Positions 24,101 to 36,200 of a stretch of DNA of 64,000 nt are shown here, piece by piece; position 1 is the stretch's first letter, and each line of letters starts with the position of its first letter. Under the pieces are notes generated by a model. The model was not told where the DNA came from, did not search any database, and was given only the letters and a program-made list of their open reading frames with translations. The stretch is from Azolla caroliniana (Eukaryota; Plantae; Polypodiophyta), in assembly GCA_043228905.1 (NCBI GenBank), contig JBHGNT010000004.1, positions 14,322,001-14,386,000 of the forward strand, read 5' to 3'. Both the position numbers and the translations under genes were made by a program.

Positions 24101-25328
24101 GTTTTCCTTCCGGCCCGGCGTTGCCCAAAGTGACAACCAACGTCTCCCAGCTATCCGGGAGGGAACCGAGCAGGAGTAGCACTAGTACCTCATCGGCGAG
24201 AGGTACTTCCAATGAAGTTGCCTGGTGTATCAGCCCCTGGAAGGCATTCATGTGCTCCGCCATGCTGGAGCCATCTTGGTACCGGAGTGTTACTAGCTTC
24301 CGGAATACCGACACCTGATTGACAACATTTTTGTTCTGACACATTATGCTGATCTTCTCCCAGAGCTCATGGGCCTTGCTCTCCTCATTGAAGTTGTTGT
24401 ACAGGCTCATGTCGATGAAGCACCGTATGTACGCCGTTGTCTTCATGTGCATCACCTCCCGTATCGCGGCGTCAATTTTGTCCGGTCTCTTGTCCCCGAA
24501 CTGAACCGGCAGCCAGAGATCTTTAACTACGAGCATGTCCGTCATCTTCGACTTCCACACTGAATAGTTGGAGCCGGTGAGCTTGAACATGCCGCCAAAC
24601 GATTCGTCCATTTTCTGTGTCAATTTCGCTTTGATACCACTTGACGGAAACCCAACGTTCCTTATGCGCTCCACTCGGCCACAACCGAGCGTAGAATGAT
24701 ACACAGAAAACGGGAAATAAAACACTATACAAAGGAGAGGAAGATACACAGGAGGTTTACGTGGAAAACCCCAAAGAGGGGAAAAAACCACGGCAGCCCA
24801 CATGCTGCAAACTGTCACTATGTGAGAATGTACAACAGTGAGTTCACTGAGGCAACGACCTCGTGCTCACAGATCTTCGCCACACGCGGCGGTTACAACA
24901 GAGGCAACGACCTCTTTCTCTCTCTCTCTCTCTCTCTGTACACTATTACGTGCTCTCTCTTCTTCTTGCACCAACAAGAAAAATGACAACAACAACTTAA
25001 AGGTTTGCCCTAAGTCATATTTATACTGATATGACTTTTTGGCTATTTACAAATGTAGCCTCGATGGGCTCTCAGAAACATATTTACGAATATGTCTCTT
25101 CCTCCGGTTCGTACCGGGTCTGCGTCATCCGGCTCTCCGTAGCCGGGTACTCCTCATCCGGTTCACACCGGGCCTGCACCATCCGGCTCTCCGTAGCCGG
25201 CTACTCCTCATCCGGTTCACACCGGGCCTGCACCATCCAGCTCTCCGTAGCCGGGTACTCCTCATCCGGTTTCTGTTCGTCGGCACTGTTCTTCTCCCAA
25301 CCCATCCGGAGGGACCTGTCTCCCAACA
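21102..25328 (-). mobile_element. Element E1: Tork/Tnt1-like copia, RT-deleted, with discordant LTRs
   Basis: LTRs 21102-21749 and 24642-25328; PBS TGGTATCAAAGC 24628-24639; PPT 21750-21765; gag-PR-INT present; no TSD. Confidence 0.9.
21760..24611 (-). pseudogene. pol: gag-pol of E1 lacking most of RT and RNase H
   Basis: CFYCGRLGHFQKNC, VDSGASFH, HTDVC..FIDD..RADNGGEY; then KGFQQKKGVD fused directly to HWIRERV. Confidence 0.9.
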
Positions 25329-27436
25329 GTACAGCAAGCGGTGCTCCTGTCGGAATTTCACAAAAGCCCTTGGTCCGGACACTGAGGAACATGGGCCACG
25401 TTCAAAAAGCTCAAGGAGAAATACTGCTAGCCAAGGATGTATCGCGACGCACATCACTTCGTGACAACATGCGAAAGCTGCCAAATGCATTACGGCGTCC
25501 GGCACTGAGACAAGCTGCACCCGAACTACCCATCAACCATTCACTTCAAATGGATGGTCCATCTAGTGACGATGCTGATGGGGGTGGGGTAGATGTGGTT
25601 CCTGGTGCTCGCGAGAGAAAACTTGACGAACCAGGTAGAAAGCCAAGCCTTTGAGAACAAGACAACCGCAACCGTATGCCGGTTCTTGATCGAGGATGTG
25701 ATTTGCCGGTACGGGTGTGCGGAAAGATCATGGCCGACTGAAGGGAGTTGGACGTGCAAGAAGCCAAGGAACTGTTTGACCGGCTAGGGGTAAAGCTCTC
25801 CCTCACCATGGCATACAATTTGGAAGCCAACGGGAAGATCGAGCGCAGGCACGGGCCGATTGTGAAAGCACTAGTGCATGCATGCAACGGACGGTCGGGA
25901 ATTGGCCGCAGCTCCTACCTTATGCACTATGGGCCGACTGAACTACGCACAGTTTGGTAACCGGGTAAATGTCAGCCGAACTTATGTTCAGAAAAAAACC
26001 GATCATGCCGGTGGAGTGGACAATCTCATCATGGATGATGGTCAACTGGACAGAGGAAATGAACCGAGAGACGTTGTTGACGGCACGTATCCAACAGCTC
26101 GAGCAGAGGTCGGAAGATGTCGAGCGAACGACGAAGAGAATGGAGGAAGCATTGAAGAGGAATAAGGCCTGGTTCGATTGGACACACTAATTCTAGCCGA
26201 GGAAGATTGAGGAAGGCGATTGGGTGCAAGTCTATGACAACAACCTCGACAATCAGCACCGATCGATTCGGAAATTCGCACGATGATGGTTCAGGCCATA
26301 CATGGTGACGAGCGCAAACGATAATGCAATGTACCACCTAATGGAGCTCGACAGGATGAGGATCGTGGTTCCGGTCATGGGGAAGCGGATAAAGGCCTTC
26401 AAGAAGCAGTACGAGCCGGAACCAGATCTGGAGATGGGAGAAGGCGGGAGCAATAGTGAGGAACCAGACGAAGACTTGATCGGCGACGATTCGGGAGAGG
26501 ACGAGTAAAAGCTGATCTGGAATCCCCACCGCTACAGTACTTGGCACATGCCAGAGGATGTGTCGTTTGGTGGGGGTTGATGTCGTGATGGATTCCAGCC
26601 ATAGAGAGAGACAGAGCCGGATGCACGTGAATGGGTGTGTACATGGATGCACACAAACTTATGTCTTTTGTACAATCATGTGTAAATAAGTTAGTGTTAG
26701 TTAAGTGTTGAGGAATACTAGGTAGGAGTGATTCGATCAATACTTTAAGGCCACATGAATAGAGAATAATAATATAACTTGATGGAGGAAATCGAGGGGG
26801 AAATCTCTGCCCGAAAGTGGATGGCTTTATGAGTGATGTAACAGCCTCCCCTTTGCTGTATAAAATGGGAGGTTTGAGATTGTTTAGGTATCCGGGATTT
26901 GGATGACAAACTGCTCTCAGTTTGAGTGTCGAGCTCTCTCTCTCCCCCCCCTCTGTGTCATGCATTGTACCGATTCGAGGAAGAAGTTGAAGCCTCTACT
27001 CGTGTTGGAAGCCGTGTGCTCCCGACCAGAAGTTCATCGTTCCGTGTGTGTGTGGGTGTGCGCACCTCGCACCTTTGTCGTCGACTAAGTAATCTCTTCT
27101 TCTTTGATAATTGTTAGCATTTTGGCGAGTCTTTCCTTGTGTATAGGCATTACCGTGTTGTTCCTTCTTGCATCTATTGCGTGTGTGTCCGTGTCTACGT
27201 GCCCGTGGGCTTATCGTTGTTGTTTGGCATCCTACTCGGAATAGTTCACTCTTTCAATCCCGTGTGCTAACCAGCCGGTATCCGGGAATCGTTCCAGATC
27301 GGGCACGCGTCCAGAAACCGATCCGGCGATGCCATCCGAACTCTGACCAATTCCTTCCTACTCTCACCGGCTCCTTGGTCAGAGACCCCCTGTGGTCCCG
27401 CCCCGTTCCAACACATCCCTACGGAATACCGCGACA
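25329..27436 (+). mobile_element. Element C: 3' part (integrase plus 3' LTR 26581-27436) of a gypsy from the same family as I
   Basis: LVLARENLTNQVES, YNLEANGKIER; LTR TGTCGTGATG...CCGCGACA is homologous to 56568-57411. Confidence 0.9.
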
Positions 27437-27909
27437 GCGTGAAACCGTTTCCTTCTCAAATTGTCGAATTGCACAACGCCATATGCCATTAGCTCCTTTA
27501 TGGTACAATGTTTCCTTGAGCAGACAGAAGTTCCAACTCCGACTGGCTAATCGTTTGCGCTCATAAGGTGACATGCCTTCCGGTGGCAATCCTGTACTTA
27601 GGAATATTGTCATTTCCGTGATCCATAGGTCAGCTACATACTCATCGACCTCGATCAAAGTCACTGCTTCAAGTCAGGATAGTTGGGCATCGAGAAAATA
27701 ATCCCAAACTCCTGTACTTGGCTCCCCTGACTCTAGTCAACTTAAGTAGTCGGCTACTGTGTGTTCAACTCCTACATGATGAATAATATTGAATTCAAAT
27801 TCCTAACAAAGGTATCCATCTTGCCAGCTTGCTTGTTAATGACTATTTCAACACTACACATACTAAGGTGGAATAATCGACATGAAAAGTAAGTTTCCGA
27901 CCCAGTAAG

Positions 27910-30900
27910 TGACAGGAATACACACTCCCGATGAACAACGGTCGGCCACAACCGAGCCTAGAATCAAACACAGTAAACGGGTAATGAACGCACGACACAG
28001 TGAAGAGAAGAGTACACAGGATGTAAACGTGGAAAACCCAAACTAGGGAAAAACCACGGCAGCCCACAGACTGCAAACTATCACTATATCAGAATGTACA
28101 ATAGTAAAGCACCGAGGCAATGACCTCAAGCTTGCTATCTTTGCCACAGGCGACGGTTACAACAAAGGCAACGACCTCTTCCTCTTTCACTCTCTCTCTC
28201 TCTGTACACAGTTACGCGCTCTAATCTTGCACCAACAAGAATGACAACTATTGTACTAAGTTTGCCCTAAGTCATATTTATAGTAATATAACTTTTCGGC
28301 TATTTACAAATATAGCCCCGATGGACTCTCAGAAACATATTTACGAATATGTCCCTTCATCCGGTGAGCACTCCTCACCGGGCCTGCATCATCCGGCGCT
28401 TGCCGGGCACACGTCATCTGGTTCTCACCGGGTCTTCCGTTGCCGGGTACTCCACATCCGGCTCTCACCGGGTCTTCACCATCCGGCTCTTGCCGGGTAC
28501 TCGTCATCCGGTTCTCACCGGGTCTTCCGTAGCCGGGTACTCCACATCCGGTTTCACTGTTCTTTTCACTTCCCATCCGAAGGGACCTGTTTCCTAACAA
28601 ACTCCCCCTTCACTCCGGCATGGGATGTCTTACTAGTCCAATCCGCTTCCGACATGCATCCAGCTTGTCAGGTATCAGTACTTTGGCCAGCATATCTGAC
28701 CCGTTCTCGGCCGTGTGGATCTTCATCAGCGCGAACTCTCGATCTTCTACTCGCTCCGGATCCAATGATACCTACGCTGGATGTGCTTTGTCCTGGAGTG
28801 GTACGCTGCATTCTTCGCAAGGTGGATGGCACTTTGACTGTCACAATAGAGCCGATATTCATCTTGCCGGATACCGAGCTCTTCGATGAAGTCCTTCATC
28901 CATAGTATTTCCTTGCCGGCTTCCACAACCGCCATGTACTCCGCTTTCGTGGTTGACAACGCAACCATCTTCTGCATCCTCGAATGCCACGAAATAGCTC
29001 CCCCTGCATATGTCATTACATACCCAGATGTAGACCGGTTGATATCCACATCAGCCGACATGTCCGAATCGGTAAAACCGTCAAGTAGAGGTTTACCGAG
29101 GCGAAATCGGACACACATGTTCGAAGTGCCCTTCAAGTACCGGAGTATCCATTTGACCGAGTTCCAGTGCTCCTTGCCGCGTTCCAGAGGCATATGGAAC
29201 CTTCATCATATCAGCCTTCTCTACTTTCATCTTCGGGCTTTGCTTACTGGATAATTTTCAGTTTGCCAGGAGTGTCGATCCGACCGGTTTTGCTTCTAAC
29301 ATGTTGAACCGTTGAAGCACCTTTGTCACATACTTCTCTTGTGACAGCCACAATTGCTTCGTTGGCCAGTTCCGGATGATATGCATCCCCAACATCTGTT
29401 TTGCCGGACCCAAGTCTTTCATTGCAAAAGTTCGGTTGACAGTCTTCTTCAGCATCCGTATTCTAGCTTGGTCCCGTCCGACGATCAACATGTAATCCAC
29501 GTACAGAAGGAGTATCAGGAAGTTGCCTCCTTCGAACTTCTTCACAAACATGCAGTGATCGGCCTGCGTCTTGTAGTACCCTTGATCGGTCATGAAGGAG
29601 TCGAACTTCCGGTACCATTGTCGGGGAGCCTGCTTCAGTCTGTACATGCGCTTCTTCACCCGACATACCAGGTGCTCCTTCCCTTTCTCCACGAATCATT
29701 CCGGTTCCTGTATGTAGATCTCCTTTTCGAGGTCACCGTGAAGGAATGTTGTCTTCACGTCTAGCTGCTCTACCTCGAGGTCCATGCTTGCCGCTATACT
29801 CAGCACCGTCTGGATGGAGGTCATCTTTACTACCGGGGCAAATATCTCGTCGAATTCCACGCCCTTCTACTGCTAGAACCCCTTCACCACAATCCTAGAT
29901 TTGTATCTCGGGGGGTTGCCGGCATCTCCCGGTTTCAACTTGTACACCCACTTGTTTTGGAGTGCCCACTTTCCTTTCGGCAACTCCACCAATTCGTACG
30001 TATGGTTCTCATTCAGGGAATCCATCTCATCCTGCATGGCACTTAACCATTTGTGGCTGTGAGTGTCATCGTTCGCTTCTTCGAAGCTTTCCGGCTCTCC
30101 GTCATCGGTCAGCAGCAGTTGCTCTGCATCCGGAAATCTCCGGGGGGCCCTTCTCTCTCTGAGAGGATATCTCCGTCTTTGGCCTTCGGCAACCGGCTCC
30201 ACTATTTGTTCTTCATCCGAATCCAATTCGGGGTCTTGGCCGGTTCCGATTTCAGCTTCCTCTACTTCTTCTTCTGCCGGTTCGGTATTCTCACCGTAAC
30301 CGGCTGGTTCCTCGAGTGTTAACCGGCTCTTAGCCGCATGTGTTCGAATCTCATCGGAGTTCATTATCTTCTTCTCCGACTCCCAGTCGACAAGAGTCTT
30401 GTCCTCCATGAAGATAATATCTCGACTCCGGAAAGCCTTCTTGTCAACCGGATCCCACACTACTCATCATCCCGTATCCGAGGAATATGCATGGCCGGGT
30501 CTTTGGATCCAACTTTCCTCTCCGGTCCTTAGCAACATGCACGTACGTGAGACACCCGAACACCTTCAGATGCCGGTAGGACACTTCCTTACCGGTCCAC
30601 ACCTTCTGCGGTGTGTCTCCATCCAAGGGCACTGAGGGTGATTTATTTATCACATACGTCGTTGTCGACAGCGCCTCAGCCCAAAACGCCAGCATACTCT
30701 GGACCCTCTCCATTATGGTCTGGTTCATTCTCTCGGCCAGCCCATTTAGTTCCGGCATCTTCGGCACGGTAAATTGGAGCCGAACTCCCTTCGAGAGACA
30801 ATACTCCTCAAACTGCCTCCGGTATTCACCTGCGTTATCTGCTTGAACCGCCTTCAGCTTTCAGCCGGTTTCTTTTTCCACTCTTGCGTGGAGCTCTTTG

Positions 30901-32813
30901 AAGACGGATAGCACCTGATCCTTCGTATTCAACGGTGTGGCCCACAGCTTCCGGCTGTGGTCATCTATGAATGTCACGAAGTACTACGATCCGGCATGTG
31001 ACTTCGTGTCCACTTGACATACATTAGTATGCACCAACTCCGGTGGTGCATTACGTCTCATGGGTGGCCTCGATCGGAAGGAGGTCCGGTTCTGTTTACC
31101 GGCCAGACAATCAGTGCACTTCTCCAAGTGCACGTTCTTCACTGGAATGAGGTTGTCGTCGGCAAGCCTCTTCATCCCCTTCTCGCTCATGTGACATCCT
31201 CTTGTGCCACAGCTCACCGGCAGTGTCGGAAGTCATGTTCACTTCTTCCGGGCATAACGGGGCATTCATCAGGTACAATGTCTTTACCTTCCGGGCCCGA
31301 GCCACAATTAGGCTTCCTTTGCTGAACTTCATAACACCGTTTCGGATGCTACCCGTGTAGCCTTCATCATCTAGCCGACCGGCTGATATAAGGTTCAGAC
31401 GAACCTCCGGAACGTGTTGGACATCCTTCAACAGCAGCTTGCCTCCGGTTGGTATTGTCAACCACATGTCTCCTATGCCGACAATTCGGCATGTACCTTC
31501 ATTCCCCATCCGGACACAGCCGTGATCACCAGTTGAGTAGGATGAGAAGCATTTCCGGTCCGGGGTAAGGTGTAACGACGCTCCGGAGTCGACCACCCAG
31601 GTCATCTCGTCGCCAGCAAGGTTTAGCTCACTCTCCTTGGTGATGAGCATCAACTCTTCTTCACTTGCCGCGATTGCCGTCGTTCCCTTCCGGTCCGGCC
31701 CCCTCCGGTCTTTACCATTCCTGTCCAGTGTCCGCTTCGAATCGGTACCGTCGGTTGCCTTGTCTTTTCGGAAGTGCCGACAGTTCTTTTGGAAGTGTCC
31801 CAGCCTACCACAATAGAAGCAAGTAGGCCTCCCCCTTGACTTTGACCGCGTCCCCGACTTCTCCCGGTTCTGGGGGTTACAGTTCCTTTGTCTTCCGCGT
31901 TCCGATTTAGTAAGGAGCGCTTTGGAGTCGGAGCTCATATCCTTATCTTTCTGAAGTGCCTCCTCATCTAGCCAGCTCGACTTCACTCTTGCTAGGGATA
32001 ACTGTTTCCCTTCCGGCCCGGCGTTGCCCAAAGTGACAACCAATGTCTCCCAGCTATCTGGGTGGGAACCGAGCAGGAGTAGCGCTAGTACCTTATCTGC
32101 GAGAGGTACTTCCAATGATGTTGCCTGGTGGATCAGCCCCTGGAAGGCATTCATGTGCTCCGCCATGCTGGAGCCATCTTGGTACCGGAGTCTTACTAGC
32201 TTCCGAAATACCGAAACCTGATTAACAGCATTTTTGTTTTGAAACATAATGCCGATCTTCTCCCAGAGCTCATGAGCCTTGCTCTCTTCATTGAAGTTGT
32301 TGTATAGACTCATGTCGATGAAGCACCGTATGTAAGCCGTTGTCTTCATGTGCATCACCTCCCATATCGTGGCATCGATTTTGTCTAGTCTCTTGTCCCA
32401 GAACTGAACCGGCAACCAAAGATCTTTAACCACGAGCATGTCCGTCATCTTCGACATCCACACGGAATAGTTGGAGTTGGTGAGCTTGAACATGCCTCCC
32501 AACAATTCGTCCATTTTCTGTGTCGTTTTGCTCTGATACCACTTTGACAGGAATACACGCTCCCGATGAACAGCGCTCGGCCACAACCGAGCCTAGAATC
32601 AAACACAGTAAACGGGTAATTAACACATGACACAGTGAAGAGAAGAGTACACAGGATGTTAACGTGGAAAACCCAAACTAGGGAAAAACCACGGCAGCCC
32701 ACAGACTGCAAACTATCACTATATCAGAATGTACAATAGTAAAGCACCGAGGCAACGACCTCGAGCTTGTTATCTTCGCCACAGGCGGCGGTTATAACAA
32801 AGGCAACAACCTC

Positions 32814-32847
<34 letters not shown>

Positions 32848-33280
32848 CACAGTTATGCGCTGTAATCTTGCACCAACAAGAATGACAACTACTGTACTAA
32901 GTTTTCCCTAAGTCATATTTATACTAATATGACTTTTCGGCTATTTACAAATATAGCCCCGATGGACTCTCAGAAACATATTTACGAATATGTCCCTTCA
33001 TCCGGTGAGCACTCCTCACCTGGCCTGCATCATCTGGCGCTTGCCGGGCACACGTCATCTGGTTCTCACCGGGTCTTCCGTTGCCGGGTACTCCACATCC
33101 GGTTCTCACCGGATCTTCACCATCCGGCTCTTGTCAGGTACTCGTCATCCAGTTCTCACCGGGTCTTCCCTTGTCGGGTACTCCACATCCGGTTCTCACC
33201 GGGTCTTCCGTAGCCGGGTACTCCACATCCGGTTTCACAATTCTTTTCACTTCCCATCCGGAGGGACTTGTTTCCTAACA
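27910..33280 (-). mobile_element. Element E2: full-length Tork/Tnt1-like copia
   Basis: LTRs 27910-28599 and 32545-33280; PBS TGGTATCAGAGC (tRNA-iMet) 32530-32541; PPT 28600-28615; TSD GTAAG/GTAGG. Confidence 0.95.
28610..32514 (-). pseudogene. pol: gag-pol of E2 (frameshifted)
   Basis: ORFs 31111-32586 (gag, PR), 30444-30767 (INT), 29873-30460 and 29258-29692 (RT), 28747-29193 (RH, HSRTKHIQRRYHWIR). Confidence 0.93.
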
Positions 33281-36200
33281 GTAGGTAATGTCAGAACTTA
33301 TTCACGTTGTAGATCATGCCGAGAGCCTCCCTTTCGATTGTCGAATAATTGTGTTTGGCAGTCGACAAGTTCCGACTCGCATAATAGACTAGTTTATACC
33401 AGTTTGACTCTGACAACTGCATTAGGGCACTTCCGATTGCGACATTTGAGGTGTCGACAAAAATATGAAAATCCTTTGCCCTATCTAGTGGATGTACGAT
33501 CGGTACCTTTGTGAGCATTTTCTTCAAACAGTCGTAAGCATCTTCTTTTGTTGTCGACCATTGAAAGGGTGTCCTATGTATTGCCATGTGTAGAAGTGTC
33601 GCGACATGAGCCACATACCGAATCATCCGACTGTACCATCTAGTTTGGCCCAGGAATCGGCTCAAAGCTTTAGCGTTTGTCGATGGTGGCACCTCCATTA
33701 TGGCTTTCACTTTATCTGGGTCGATGGCAATTCTATCTTGACTAACAATATGTCGGAGCAAAGTTCCACTCGTAACTCCGAATGCGCATTTGGCCGGATT
33801 TAAACTTAGTCGGCCTTGCTGACATCTTTCTAGGCATAGTTGCAGGTGTTCGAAATGATTAGTCCGTTGACTGTATACCACAAAATCATCTAAAAAGACC
33901 TACATAAATGTTAGTATATAATCAGCGAAAATTCCCATGATCACTCGCTGAAATGTAGCTGGAGCCGTTTTAAGCCCAAACATCATGACCATTACTACAA
34001 ATACACCCCATTCGGTGATGAAAGTTGTTTTCTCCAGGTCATTGGGATGCATCCGAATCTTATTATAGCCATTGAGAAAACTATAGATTTCATGGTCAAC
34101 CACCTCATCGAGGACGACATCTGTGAAAGGTAACGGAAATGCATCTGTCACTATAGCAACATTGAGCTTTCAGTAGTCGACACATACCCTGATCTTACCA
34201 TTGTTTTTGGGTAGCCAAGTAGCCTTCTTGAGTGATCAAATGAAGCCGACTTGTAGCAGTTTGTTGATTTCCTCTTTTACCTTTAATGCATAGTTCGGAT
34301 TTAAACTGTACCGACGTTGCTAGATCGGCTTCACATCTTTGTGCAGATTTATCTGATGGTGACAGAATGTTGGGTCGAGCCCATTCATATCCTCAAACAA
34401 CCACGCAAACACATCTTTGTATTGTCATAGTAGTTGGGCCACTTTTTTCGGCTCTGTGTCATTGTTGGCTAGATTCAATTCCTCTAATGTGGAAGCTTGT
34501 ACTCACTGAGATACTTGCATTTCCCTTTCCATTGATTATTGTTGTAAGCATAACTCTGCAAAGCTTTATCATCGGTTGGCACCTCGTCCTCCTTGTTGTC
34601 ATCCCCGAGATATGGTGTGAGCACCTTGGGGACATCGATTTCAAATAATGGAATGATCTTGGGATTGTCTTCAAAAGTTTAATGTTCTTCTCCATCATCT
34701 AGCCCTTCCATCATATTGACCACTTCAACATATAACGACACACATTGTCAGGATGTCGCGACCTTTTCCTGATTCGACACATGAATCTTGGTCTTGCCCT
34801 TTCGGAATGTTAGAATATTTTTCTACCAATTCTGTTTCATATTGGCAATTAAGAAGAAAATCAAAGTATTCTCTTGCTTCTTGAAGGTGAAAAGCCTTGC
34901 CGAACGGGAGACAGGCTGAAAAATCAAGTGCCTTAGGTATGATGGCAAGAAAGAGTACTTTTCCAACCAGTTTCTAGCTATCTGTAAAAGGAAGGAATTC
35001 GACGTGAATTCTCCTGCAGATCCACACCGCAGCAGAACGGCTAGCCAAGAGGAAGAATTGGACGATCAAAGAAGTGGCCAGGGCAATGCTTGAGGAGAAG
35101 CATATGCCGAAATTCTACTTGGCCAAACCCATTAGTACAACGGTGCACCTACAGAATCGGACTTCTGCAACTGGAGGAGTGTCGCCACACCAGTTGTACT
35201 TCAGGAAGAAGCCGAATTTGTCACACTTAAGGGTATTCGGTAGCATTGCATATGTGCATGTGCCGAAGAAAAACGGAGGAAGTTAGATACAAAAGCCAAA
35301 AAATGTATCTTGCTTGACTTTGTGGTATTTGCCTTCGACGAGTCAGCTTCATGATATTTGCCTTCAAGTCCAATACCCATTCACTCCATTCCGAATTCTG
35401 AGGATGAGGCCAATGAGTTTGAGATGCCCCTTCAGGAAGAGGAAATTGAAACTCTAGAAGACAACCCAACCTCATTTTGGCTAACTGGGCCGAATGAGCG
35501 CCTGAGTCGAATGGAGCAGTCAAATAAAGAGCCGACGAGTAGTGGAGACTCGGCAGTGCAGTCCCCACGCTAGAAATTGAGGACTCGGATCACGTGCAAG
35601 GAGAAGGGGAAAGTGAAGATGCCGGAATACGGCAGTGAGGCCGAAACATCACATCAAAGTGAATTTGATGTGGCCAAGACCAAAGAGGGACTCCGAAGAC
35701 AAGGTCGAAGTTGGCTGAGAGGGCCACAAAATCGGTGAACCTGAAGTTACGCCAATCCACCCACCAGAAGAATCCCCTAATTCAGTATGGGTATAATGAG
35801 TATATGGCGCATCACTATGCATATATGGTGAAGGTGGAAAATGTGCGTGAGCCAGGGAGCTACGCAGAAGCGACGAAGGACGCGAATTGGTGTGCCGCTA
35901 TGGAGGAAGAGATGCACGCACTAACGGAGAACGAGACTTGGGACCTAGTTGATGCCCCCAAGGGTGTAAAACCGATTGCATGCAGGTGGTTGTACAAGGT
36001 CAAATACAACGCCGACGGCTCGGTCAACCGATATAAGGCCCGATTAGTGGCGAAGGGCTACGCGTAGAAACATGACATTGATTACGATGAGACCTTCGCG
36101 TCGATCGTGAAGATGACTATTGTACGTGTATTGTTGGTGGTAGCAACGACAAAGTGCACATGGTACAATCCCCCAGATTTCTATCCGAATGAAACACCTC

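Larger units (their letters stand above)
27437..34850 (-). mobile_element. Fragment T: Athila/Tat-like gypsy pol (end of PR, RT, RH, start of INT) split by E2
   Basis: DAFPLPFTD, MMFGLKTAPATFQR, LNPAKCAFG, YYASR..NYSTIEREALG, then NKF*HY|LLGRKLTFHVD across the E2 insertion. Confidence 0.85.
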
